Shown: positions 23,705 to 36,300 of the stretch, piece after piece
Position numbering within the stretch: the stretch's first letter is position 1
Layout: each line of letters opens with the position of its first letter
From: Marsupella aquatica
Lineage: Eukaryota; Plantae; Marchantiophyta
NCBI GenBank assembly: GCA_973895155.1
Contig: OZ316895.1
Location: 8,048,184 to 8,112,183 of the forward strand
Length of the DNA: 64,000 bases
Direction: 5' to 3'
Program-made: the position numbers and the translations under genes
Notes under the pieces: generated by a model
What the model saw: only the letters and a program-made list of their open reading frames with translations
Told to the model about the DNA's origin: nothing
Database searches by the model: none

Positions 23705-26700
23705 ATGACGACAAGTCCCGAGGATTCAAAGGTAGCGGACCTTGCAAACCCCGTGAAATTTTGCCGATGCATTTGTGGCTTGGAGAATTGAGTTGAGCTA
23801 TTGATAACTCATTTTAGACCGAATGATCTTTGTGTCTCAGCAAGGGGTGCTCACACAACAAGCCCAACCGGCCCCAGCTTCGCCTGCGCAGCAACAACTT
23901 CACACAGCATCTCCGGGTGGAGGAAATCCTTCCCCTGCTCCAAATAGCGAAGGGAGAAAGATTTCTTGCGAGGACATACAGCTGGTTGGTCCTCAAATAT
24001 TTATTTCTGTCTTTCAACCTTCCTTGCTCCATCTTGCTTCCAAACTAGCTTCCGGGCACTATTGCAGCTGCACTATTTCCAATCTCAATGAAGAGGAGGC
24101 TGTCTTGAATTACCATTTACTTTCATTTCAATTCTGCAGGTACAAAATCTGATCGAACGATGCTTGCAACTGTATATGAATCAAACAGAGGTCATCACCA
24201 CTCTGAAGTATCAGGCCAAAATCGAGCCTGGCTTCACCAGCCTCGGTATGATTCTGAACTGTTGCCCTAAGTCAATTTATGGAACTGAGCGTATCTGCTT
24301 GTCACCTGGAACGTGCTGGCTGTGGCCGTCATCATCTCTTCTCAATTTTAAAACTGTTTATCAGAACTCCATTTCTCTTTCTGTTTGCATGCACCTGTGC
24401 TCGCCTTCCAAGCACAGCCCAAAATTCCAGAGGTTCATAGATTTATAAATACTCTTGGGACAGACACCTGGAGCACTAAGTTACTTTCTGGATTGGTTTG
24501 GTTTGTAGAACTCCATAATGAAAATTTCCCCTTTCTGTCTGCACCGAAGTACCCCAAACTTATTTAAATGTCATAGTGATCCAGGACTTTACTTATACGA
24601 GTCATAAACTACTTGTACAGTTTGGCAAAAGTTGGAAGAGCAAAATCCGGACTTCTTCAAAGCGTACTATACTCGCCTCAAAGTAAAGAAGCAGATTGTA
24701 CTCTTCAATCATTTGCTCGTACAGCAAGTTCAGCTGCTCCAAAAAATGCGCATGTATCCTCAGGCAAATGCGATGGTTCAACCAATGCAGAATGGCATGG
24801 TGCCTGCACAAAGTACGGTTCCTCCTCTGTGCTGTGTGTTTTCACTTTCGTTTGTCTCTGTTTGTAATTGGTCCAAAATTCTAAAAGTAATTAAGACGCT
24901 CCCGATTGGCTCTCATTTTTATCAAATGAGCCTCAGATTATTATTGCCAAGGGTATAGTTATCTAATACTGGATCTTCTGAACCCGTTCATGGAGCGGAT
25001 ATCAACAATGTTCCATCCTGAGATCTGGCAATTTGCATGTATATGTTCAACCTTGAGGTCACTGCACACTGTACACTATGTATACGCCTGAATATCACTC
25101 ATTGGAACCGTTGCTATATCATATGTGCAGTGCATCATATGCCAATGGGCTATGCGATGCAACCAGGGCCCCCTAATGCTGTCCGGCCCCACATGGGTGC
25201 CATGCCCATGCAAGTATCCAATGCCAATCTCATGAACGGAGCAAGCCCTGCCCAAGAATATACTCCTCCACAGGGAAGTCCTGGCAGGTAAGTTCTTTTC
25301 ATGTTGGCATGTTACTCTCTGGTCACTTCAACCTTTTTCATTATGTGGAGGCTATTTGTTTAGCCTTGGATGGCTAGCTAGGTTCGGTCCCCTTCACTGG
25401 GCGGCTATGCAAAAGACGGAATGAGTTACCGACGCATAAGTATTTAATGAATTCATGTGTATTTTGTGCTTAGAAACTAGACCCTGTTCTCTGATTCTGA
25501 TTGTATGTGATTGGTTTTTTATATTTAGTAACTAGCTCACTCAACGGAGGATAGTACCATCCGCCCTGTAGCTTTACTTAGTAACGACCATCGTAACCGG
25601 TTTTCATCTGCTATTTTCTTGTGGTTGCTGATTATATCGACAAATTGTACTCTTGGTTTACAGCACTCCAATGTTCCCGTTCAGCAACATGGGAAATCCC
25701 ACGGATATCCAAGGAATGCAAATGGGTTTAAATCCGTCAATGGGGCTGGACACTCCCTTTATTGCAAACGACCCGGTTCAAAATGGTATTGGAGCCCTCG
25801 CGATGTCTACCACAGAAGCTGATTCTACAAGTACAAGAGAGTCGCTGGAGTCTCTTGGTCAATTACCTCGTAACTTCAGTCTATCAGATTTGACAGCAGA
25901 GCTGACGAACAGTGCAGGTGGGACACATTCCAGCTCTTTTGTTGCTCGTTGTGCTTATGGCAGTGTCCTTTTATTGTTGCCGAATTTCTGCTACCTATTC
26001 CACTCTTGTCACCCCAGCCACCCTCCTCCCTCTATCCCTCCCCCTTGTCCCCTCCTTATTTTTAACGCGACGATGCTCTAATGCAATTGTCGTACTATAT
26101 GACAGACCTTGGAGCTCTCGGAAGTTACACAGGCTCACCTTTCTTGACTCCTGATACGGAAGCTTTTCTTCAATCACCTGATAAGGAATTTACTGGTACG
26201 CTGGACTGCTTGTCTTATTCTATGTATTCTTCATTGTAGCGGTCATACTCTTCTTTGCGATTATGTTGAACTAGGGTGCCCTAACGAGTGTTGAGTCCGT
26301 CTTATAATTTGGAATATTTCATATGTGATCTGACAGCTCTGAGCAACTTTCAAAGACAGATTAATTTTTTGGCAGTGCTGTCAGTGAAAGCAGTGGTCGT
26401 TCTAATAGTCAGTAGGTCAGTGCTATTGTTCAATTCACCACCAAGGAACTGCGGGTTTTTCTGTTGTGTTCAAGATTTTGCGTGATAACTGTTCTGCTGA
26501 CAGGTGTCGAGGTGCAAGTTTCATGATGGGTTTGGAGCAGAATTGATTAGTGTTAGTGTGCCGTGTACCAATTGGATCTCACATTGTCAATCCGTCCCCT
26601 GCTAATAATGACCATGTTTCATGACAATGGCACTCCATGTGTAGGTTTCGGCGATGAGGATAAGATGTTATCTGACTCTATGGGTGAGACCCTGAACATG

Positions 26701-26724
26701 GATTTTGGTGATTTGAATGTGTAG
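23705..26724 (+). CDS. Plant A_thal_3526-family (PF09713-like) protein, multi-exon
   Basis: ISCEDIQLVQNLIERCLQLYMNQTEVITTLKYQAKIEPGFTSLVWQKLEEQNPDFFKAYY..LKVKKQI..FNHLL and QLPRNFSLSDLTA. Exons ~23705-23731 (or ATG at 23823), 23841-23984, 24140-24245, 24621-24812, 25131-25287, 25664-25917, 26106-26195 and 26645-26724 join in frame. Confidence 0.88.
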
Positions 26725-27268
26725 GTTTGGGCGATGACGATAAAATGTTAGATTCTATGGGCGACTCTTAACATGGATTTTGGTGATTTGAAATGATGTC
26801 ATTGCAGGGGAGGCATACTGGTAGGACTCCAAGCCTATGCCGAGGAACCTCTATGAGTCGTTCAATATAGGTAGGTAGCTTTGAACTGTTCACTGTGTAT
26901 ATAAAAAATGAGTGGATGGCAACAAAATTTATTCGACGCCAATTAGAGGCAATTCTTTACCCGCTGTCGCAAAGAGGAAAAGGCAGTTTCAGGGTGTTGC
27001 CCTTACCCAGATCAATTTTGGCAAGTTGCTTTACTGGTGTGGATGGAAACTCTCCAATGATCACATTCAGCTGTCATCGGTCTCTGCCCCGATCTATGGT
27101 TGGCGCAAGGCAGGACATGCATGAGGAACACAGCACCACTCGTGGCGAAATGCAGATGACGTCAGACAAGGGTTGAGGAGAAGTTCAGGATGGGATTGGG
27201 CTAACTGGAGATGAACTGCTTAGATAATTTCGTTCAAGCTATTTCTGCTTTAAATTGCCAGCCTAGTA

Positions 27269-27338
27269 ACTTCTAGTTTCCTTTGTCTTCAGAAGTGGAA
27301 CTTCCAGTTTCCTTTGTCTTCAGAAGTGGAAGTTCCAG
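27269..27338 (+). repeat. 31-bp tandem duplication
   Basis: ACTTCyAGTTTCCTTTGTCTTCAGAAGTGGA twice, plus a partial copy. Confidence 0.8.
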
Positions 27339-29134
27339 AGACCATTCCAGATGTGCACAGCAGTTTACAGGATAGGAATTAAGTCTTCGAATGTTAGTAT
27401 GGACCTTGCCTCTGAATGTCTGGGCTGGGTGTGATCGTGACTATTAGTTTGTCCTTAGGCGGGGTTTGGTAGTGACTTCGGGTCAACCAGTTATATGGAG
27501 GAGATGAACAGACAGATTCAACAGTGGAAGTAATTGTAGTCTAAAGTGTCAACTTGATGTGGTCGGAGGTCGAAGCTTTTCTACACAATCCTCATCGGTT
27601 GGTGATTGGAAGGGTGAGCTTGTACTATTGTACATTATGCTTCTAAAATGTTATACAAGTCTGAGAGGTAGCAACATTGCATCTGTGACTGATCACCGGA
27701 CAGTTTCAGAAGGACTGGAACTTACTTCGCAGAGATGGTGATTGCATTCGAGCGTTTTGATTTGAAAACTCATGTTCTTGCCTAACAATCCTAAAAGTAA
27801 CACAGCAATTATAATGACACGCTTCGATTCCTCCCGTTCACTTGAAACTGGTGGCTGGAACAATGAGGTCAGGATACATATCAGAGAATTATTTCGAAAG
27901 ATGGAGAGCTTTGTCATTGTTTGCCATTCATGGGTCGACCCCACACTCCGCCACGTGCCAGCACACAATCTGTGTGTCTACACCTAGTGTTACCATTCCA
28001 AGTGCCACATGGTTTACTTACAACTAGGGCACAGACCTAAGCTGTTTAATTACTTATGTCATTGATATCACTCTCCTGGCATGTGTTTAATCACATACCT
28101 CATTGATATCACTCTTCTGGCAAGAAATATGGTGATAAACAGGGAGTTCTGTAGTGATATTTTGCAACTTTTCTTCTATGCAAGACTGCTTCGGTTTTGC
28201 ATAAATATGGGGGATCAATAGGGGGTCTCAAGTATTGGAATGGGGGAGTTTTGCGGGCACAAAGAGTTAGGTTTGGGCGGAAGTGGCCCAACAATGTGCA
28301 AGACACCCTCAGGCTAGCCCGCACACTCGTCCTGTGGAGTTTCTCAATTCTCAGACAGAGACTTGGCCAATTGGTCACCGCGCCAATTGGTCACCGCAAG
28401 CCAAGTGTGAACTCACGAGCCGGGCTTCTTGTACACACTCTTTTGTGTATGCTGAGGGCATTCTCATGCTAAAAGGACACCATTGCAACTAGTTTCTAGA
28501 CCCGGAAGTCACAAGTATGGGCCCAAAACAAATTAAGGTGTTTGAATTCCTTGATGCTGTTAAACTCACCCACAGCCCTTGTCATGGGCAATGGCAACCT
28601 CCCGAGAACATCTATGACGGCCCCATATTTGAGACCCCCTAATGAAGCAAAGTTCAGTGTTTGTAAAGTTAGTTTCACATTGTCATTGTTTGCCATTTCA
28701 TGCAAATTTTGTATGACTCTAAATTCCTTTGCTACCTTTGCCCAAGAAGCCAACCACTTTGCTAAGCAAAAGAAACCCCATGTGGCATCCAACATGTTCA
28801 AAATGCTTAGATGGACTTTTGGAACTTGGATATAATTTCAGCAATGTCTATCTAAATGTGCTCCTCTGGTACTGTTTACAACTTTTCTAGAGGAATTTTC
28901 GGGTACATTCATACACTCCATCCATGTTGTGCCGGAAAAGCTTAAATGTATGCTAGCTTGATTTTGGCAAATGTCAAATCTGGCAGCTTGGGCAGTGAGA
29001 TCCCCATCACCTGCAAAAGTTTTGAGGTCTCGTCCACCATAAAGCTTGAGAAATTGTTAATTACGTTTATCTCTCAAGTGGTTTCATAACATTGAGTTTG
29101 AGTTCCTATTCACAAGCAATGACTTGCTCATGCA

Positions 29135-29234
29135 TATAGTGTGCAGCATGACTAACCTAACCAAGTCAGCAGCTAAGGTTAGCCTAACTACAGTTGCAGT
29201 TATAACTCTAGACTTAGAAAGTAAATGTCTAACA
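29135..29234 (-). mobile_element. Truncated LTR fragment of the same family as 29545-29889
   Basis: CATGACTAACCTAACCAAG..CTAAGGTTAGCC..AACTCTAGAC..CTAACA matches 29795-29889. Confidence 0.7.
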
Positions 29235-29544
29235 AAATCCAAACCCAAATCCTGCCAATCAGCAAGTTTATTCTTTATCTTATATATAGGAGAGAACTGA
29301 ACTAGAAAATCCCTTGAGAGATGAGGGAAAATATGTGAGATCCACCTTTATAGTTACTAATAAAAATTATTAAAATTATGGAAAGCCATAATCCTACCTT
29401 TATCTTAAGGACAGTCATTACACTAAAGGCCTATTTTGGCAAATTTTCTTTTTTGTTTGAACCCCTTGTTTTTCTTTGTATCATTTTGCCAGGAGTTGGA
29501 GAATGGAAAATTGTGCACTATACAGCCAATTGAAAAATCATTCC

Positions 29545-29889
29545 TGTTGAGCATAGACGACATTCGTAACGGCAAGCTCTTGAACCATCCAACGCACAAG
29601 AGTCGACACATAGAGATACGTGGTTCACCTCCACATGAGACTACGTCCACGGGAACACACAAGAGCTTTATTGCACTCTAGGCCGACCGCCCATCTCAAG
29701 CATCCACAGCACAAGCTCTCCCTATCTCTCAACTAGCTTCGTAACAATGAGCCTAAGTTCTCACTCTCCAAACAAACACCGCTTGGTTATAGAGTGTGCA
29801 CAACATGACTAACCTAACCAAGTTTGCGACTAAGGTTAGCCTTAACTACGGTACATTCGTAACTCTAGACCTAAGAGTAAATCCTAACA
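29545..29889 (-). mobile_element. Solo LTR (Copia-like), 345 bp
   Basis: TGTT...AACA ends with a perfect 5-bp TSD ATTCC (29540-29544 and 29890-29894). Reverse-complement homolog of 21631-21972. Confidence 0.9.
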
Positions 29890-31428
29890 ATTCCAAAGTA
29901 CAATAGTACTATAGTGTCATCCCAGCTTGTGAATAAATAAATATATATAAAAGTATGATTCTAACTAATAAAATATTTTAGTGCTCATAAACCTTTGTGA
30001 TACAAATTTAAGAATGTCTAAGCATTTTGATGTAAACCCTTGACTTTGCAATGTAAACATTATTTTCAAAACTAAAAATTGAATAACAAAAACAAGATTT
30101 AGCTTCCTTACTAGCATTATAGTATACATAAGTAAGAAGTCCATGAAATACTTTTCTATTGTCTTCAGGACATTGATATCTCTATGTCCGGCATTGATAG
30201 CCATTGAATGTCTGGTCGTAGAAGGATTGAAAAAGGATCATCATGCCTTATTAGCACCATTGATACAAAAATATATCTATCGATCTTCTTTCGAAGATAC
30301 AAATAGGCATGCTTTCGAAGATGCAAATAGGGAATGCTTGTTGTGCATTCAGAAAGAGATTCAAGCTCCAACTAAGTCTTTCTAAATATTTTTGCCTCGG
30401 GAAAAACCAATTGAATTTCATTCAAAAAGCCAACATACAACTAAGGCTTTCTAAATCTTGCCATCCACTTCTGCTCTCGATGCGCATGCATCGGTTGCTA
30501 GCTCCACTGTTGGGGTGTCCTCACCTTGACTTGGACAGATCGTCATAGAAGTTCCACTCCTTTCCTGTGGACAGTCTACATTGATCAGTGGCCTGATTTA
30601 TTCTGTCTTCCATAGCAGGATCATTGCTCCAATCTGGCGTGGCAAGGTTTAAGAAGCAAAGAAGGTTTGGTTGCTCACTCTAGTTTTTCTCTTGGCAGTA
30701 CATTTGATGCCATGTCTCCTCTACGATACAAACCGTCTTGGGGTACCTTACGACAGTCCAGCACTAAGGAGGCACGAAACTTTAGGCTTTGTTGTAGAGG
30801 AAGATTTTCTCGGGTCTTCTTCATGCTGACAACCGTTTGGTGTGAAGACTGCAGTGATATTTCCAATACCAAAGCCCGTGATACACGATGGAGTAACCTT
30901 CACAAATCCTGTCTCGGGTTTCATCGGGAATTGATCGACACAAGCTTTTCAAGATCCAGATTCGATTCCCCAGCATTTTAGTTCACTGAGGAGTCTGGTT
31001 TTAATCTCCAACCTCCATTTATTACTCATTTCTGTTCAAGAGCTGGCCCTGCACAATAAGGAGCATTCGTCTAAAGATGCAGTGGGGATTTGTAGTTTTA
31101 ATTGCCTAACTTTCAGGTTAGGTTGGCAAAGCCCTCGAATTGCTTCATTGTACCTTATAGGCTTTATCATTGCAGGGATAAAGATACCTGGAGATAGGGA
31201 AAGACTCCCGGAAAGCCTTCATATGGACTGAAAGAAGTTCTGCTCCCAACGTTCATATTTGGGGTCGCAACCTTGACAATTATTAAAGAGGTTGCTTTTC
31301 AGGGAAGACACCAAATGTCAGGACTTCAAGAGAGGGTCAGTAAACTGGATGACAGAATCTGAAGCTGACGTTGGCATTCAAGTCGTTCCAAGTTTCTGTC
31401 ACACCATTCAGTGTCAGTTCTGCCATTT

Positions 31429-31744
31429 AGGGTAATTAGCCGCCCTCTAACCCTAATCCGGCCGCCCCTAACCCTAATCCGCCTATCCCGACCAAGATGG
31501 CCCGACCCTCCACCCGGCCCCAACCCTTTCGCCCGACCAACCCTCCCCGCCTTTTCGCCCGACCTCCCCTCCCCGACCCTTCACCCCCGACCCTTTCACC
31601 CGACCTCCCTTCACCGACCCTCCCCGACCCGACCTTCACCCGGCCCCGAGTCTTTTTCCCCGGCCGGGAGGGTTCAGGAGAATTCGGGAGTGTTCGGGAA
31701 ATGTCGGGACCCGGCCAAGGATATTAATATTTGAGAATATCCTA
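31429..31744. mobile_element. GC-rich MITE-like insertion present only in duplication copy A
   Basis: Absent at the matching position of copy B (~45363). Contains many CCCGACC repeats and two TAACCCTAA motifs, with imperfect TAGGGTAATT/AATATCCTA ends. Confidence 0.55.
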
Positions 31745-32619
31745 CAAATTATTCATTTTCGGTCCAACAAATGACAACTTGTCGTGTCCGACAACACAAC
31801 AAGGTGTCCGGCAGCTCAAACTGGGCTGCAGATGAATCCCACACATGTCTAAATTGGCGCATAATAATCACTCATGTCCAGTCTATAGCTGAATAGTAGA
31901 ACGCCTGCATGGTCGGACTCAATCTAAATCCTTTGCAAAGCAAAATAAAATCAATTCCTCAAGATGTTGACTGTGTTGGGCGGTAGTCATCATATATATA
32001 GCCGAAGAGGAAGAACTCATACCTCAGAGTACGCTCCGAGCTTTGCTTAAACTAACTGACCGTAACCTCTGTCAAATCGGAATCAGTAGAACCCATCTGA
32101 GGAGTACAACTTCCATTTTCAATCGGGTGTGCGAATAACAACTCACAGGCATCCATTAAACAGCCGTGAGTAAGAGGAAGACGAGTAAGAGGAAGACGAG
32201 AATCTCATCAAATCTGTACAAGAGATCAGAGCCACGAAATATTTGAAGAAGTAGGACCGCACCAACTGTGGACTACAGGGGAAGAAAGAATGACACAGCT
32301 CAATCGTGTCCTTTAAATGCCCTATCATGAACGGGTAGAACTGTATCCTCATAATAAGCCATTACAGAGCTACTGCATAAACATTTCAACGGAAGCGGAA
32401 AATAGCAAAAGCCTCCGCAGATGCAGCTACACGAGTAAGTTGCAAGACCAATGATACTCACTAACAAAAACCAGTAGGTCGATATATGCAGAAGAGTAGC
32501 GAGCGGCTCAGGATGAATGGATGACTGCACATACCAGTTTCTATGAAGTCATCCAATACTCAATTTCACCCACTTTAGTAATATAGCTGACCAAAATATG
32601 AATAGGATAATGTCCTGGT

Positions 32620-32958
32620 TAGAGGGCACTATATAATGCCCTGAAAAACTAGGGCTTTGCTCAAGTTTTGAGTGCATTATTTTAATAATGTCAGAATTTA
32701 GAGTATTATTTTCATAATGTCAATAACTAAGATATTAATGTGCTTAAAACCTTGAATGATTTTATGATAACTAACAAGAAATGGTGAATCTATGAATAGA
32801 AAATACAAGCCAAAGGGCCTGCAATTGGTCAAAGACATGAAAAAAGTTAAAAATAAATCTTGTGATTTTAATACAAATTTTATTATATTATTTTATTTAA
32901 TAACACTATATTTATGTTTTACATTTACTATTTTTGTGATATTTCACATAATGCCCTC
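32620..32958. mobile_element. AT-rich MITE-like insertion present only in copy A
   Basis: Absent from copy B (~46105). Imperfect terminal inverted repeats GAGGGCACTATAT / ACATAATGCCCTC. Confidence 0.55.
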
Positions 32959-33383
32959 CCTCCACAAAAGAACGGAGGTTGTATAGGAAATTAATGCACT
33001 CAAAAAGAAAACTCAAGAAAGTCTTTAGGAAACGGGAGCGCTATGCTGCTCATAGCCAGAAGAACATTCATGCCACCTGTGAATGGGCATGATATCTATT
33101 GCGGGTGCCCCGCTTCTTCACGATACAAAGGAGACAATGGTGGTGAGCTCACTACGTTTTCCCCCGATCTCATAGGATGGGGCCGAGAAAATCTCCAGCA
33201 TGTGGCAAAATTAGGATCCCAATTATCTGGCACTTTTAGCTCCCGGCAGAAGGTCGAAAAAGGCTAACGGGACATCAAGATTTCCTTCAGTGCCCCAGAA
33301 TCCAATCCCCTTCTCAATTGCAGTATTGGTTATAGCCGGTGGACATGAGGAAGAGTGTTATTCAAACGAAAGCTAAGTAACAG

Positions 33384-36300
33384 TTATGACGTAGATGTGT
33401 GGAGTTTCACTAAGGATGCGTATGCACCATCAGCCTTCGCAATTAGCGCGTCGTGATTTCCTTGTTCTATTATAACACCATCCTTCACCACCGCGATAAT
33501 ATCGGCATTTCTCACAGTTGATAGGCGATGGGCGACCACAACGGTGGTCCGTTGAACCATGATCCGATCCAAAGCCTCTTGCACTACATGCTCGGACTCC
33601 GCATCCAATGCACTCGTAGCCTCATCCAGCAGTAGAATCTTTGGATCTTTTAATATAGCTCTGGCGATGGCTACTCTTTGCTTTTGACCTCCTGAAAGCT
33701 GCGTACCCCTTTCGCCCACTCGCGTTTTGTATCCTTCTGGCAACGCAGAAATGAACTTATGGGCATTTGCTGCCTCGGCAGCTGCTTGAATCTCTGCCTG
33801 CGTGATCTTGCCTTCTTGTCCATAGATGATGTTCCAATAGACAGTCTCATCGAAAAGAACAGGCTCTTGACTCACCAGTCCAATTTGTTGCCTAAGCCAT
33901 TTCAATTGCAGCTTCTGAATTTCCACTCCATCTACTAAGATCAGCCCGGACTGTGGGTCATAGAACCGCTCGATCAGAGAGATGACTGTAGACTTCCCAC
34001 TCCCACTCTCGCCCACGAGTGCTAAAGTCTGAAGAGGATAACGCCAGCACCTCCAGTCAGTCTCAGTAAAATAGGCAACGAATACATAGGTGATATCCCA
34101 GCTCAGAAATGATGGACAGTAAGTGCACTTCAGGGGTACGAATGTGCCATCCAGAAGGAGTTGTAAATGTATTCGAGCAAGGCAGGTATGAGCTGAATGG
34201 AAAGAGGGTATCTTGGTGAGCTGAAATTAGACAATCCCGCACTAGGTCGCAAAAGACGAATTGAAGCTCACCTGCCCGGCCTGCACCTTCAGGCAGAGGT
34301 CCTGAAAGATTTGAATGTCCGGCCTCGTGGGGTAGAAGAAGGAGATGTGCTGAAACTCGATATCACCCTTTGCCTGTGTCAAGGTCTGCCCAGACATGTC
34401 GCTAGGATCGATCTTCGACTTCCGATCCAATATTGAAAATATGGAATTGACGGAAATCTTGACCTTTCCAATGTCGGGAAAGAGGCTCGACATCTGCACC
34501 GCACCCGTGGCACTCAAAGTAATTGCGAAAAACACCTGAAACGACACTATCGTCATCATCACTGTTGAAAATTCAAAGAATCCAAAAATCACCCAGATGA
34601 ACTTGGAAATGACGGCATTGACGTGGGTTCCGCTTACTTTAAACGCTGAAGAGATGAAGTTTCGGAAACGAGTAAAGCAATTTGAGTATTGAGGGAGATG
34701 GACTCACCCTAAACACCACTTTGAAGGTCGTTGTCCCATTTTCCACGAACTTGCCACCTACCCAGAAACACAATGCGAAGGTGGAAAACATAACAAAATT
34801 GGCGAACCCGAGGGCAATCCCACTCACCAACCCCTGTCGAATACCAGTTTCTAAAGGTTTCTTGCACTTCTCGTCATAGAGATAGCATACTCTTTCCTCG
34901 GCAACAAACGATGCCACCGTGCGAATGCTGCTGACGCCATCGGTGGCGATTCGAGTTGCTTCTTCGTATTTCGCCTGGAACCAAATACGACGAACAACGC
35001 AATTTATTTATTCCGCAAACAAATTCTGCTGGGAACGATAATTACATGGAATTGTATACTCAAACACAGCATTAAGGAGCTTCCTGTCGCCTGGCTCTTT
35101 TGGGATACCGTCGACTCTAAAACGAATTCATTCACTGTTTCATTCATTCGTTTATTCTTTCACTGCATTTTCCATTGGCACTCTTTGACAGAGGCAGTGT
35201 AAAAGTTTGGAAAGGAGCAAATAGATGCACGCTAAGCACAGGTATAATTAATCAATAATCGTCAAGGTACACAGCAAGAGCAGTTCATAAAACTGCTTCT
35301 GTGAAAGGACCAACCTTGGCATCGACGCTGAAACCCATCATCCACCGAATTTGTACATAGCCTTGGATACCAAGCAGGGGAACCACAGCGAGGATCACGA
35401 ATGCCAACTGCCAACTGGCAGTAAAAGCTATGACCAGGCCCGCAATTACGTTCGACACATTCTGGACCAGCAGAGCGAGGGAATCTCCCACGATCACGCG
35501 CACTGTGGCTGCGTCGGTTGACAATCGTGAACTGATTGCACCACTGAAAGAGAACCGAGAAACTAAGGTGAGTCTCTTGTTTAGTTCTGAGCAGTCCATT
35601 TCCACAATATTTCGAAAGGATATAATCGAGCCCATGCCAGAAAACTCGTTACCAAAATAATGCAAAAGAAGACGAACTACAGGTGTAAGCAAAGCACCTG
35701 GAATTTTGCTCCTCGTCGAACCAGCTTATCTCTTGGCAAAGAATCTTCTCCAATGTCATCCTCCTTACGCGACGAATCAACTTTGATCCAATAACTGCAA
35801 AGGTAGATGCTTGAATCGGGGTAGCAATTCCGATAAAGATCGCCAGTATCAAGAACATGAGTGCCCAGAAATCGACGTCTTTTCGTAATTTGTGTGGGGT
35901 TTCGAAGAATGCAGTTATAACACTTGACAGAAAGAGACCAAAAATAGGGAACACTAAGCCATTCCCTGCAGCTGCACAAAGTCCTACCAGAAACAAAGGA
36001 AGTTCTGGTCGGTTGAGCTTAGCAAGTCTGAAAATGGACACATTGTTTACTGCCTTCTTGATCCCTGCCTTTTTTCGCACTTCACTTGCATTCTCGAGGT
36101 CGCCGTCTCCTCCAGCCAATAAGTTACGTGCATTCGAAAGTGTACATTCCATATCAGGCGCGTCACTAACTTCTTGACTAACGCGCTTAGTGTCATTGAT
36201 GTGCGTCGTTTTATCTCCTAAATCGCTGCTTCTTGCCGAGTGACTCCTAAAACTACCACCGTCCCACGTAGAGAGTCCACTCTCCCTTTTCACAATTGGA

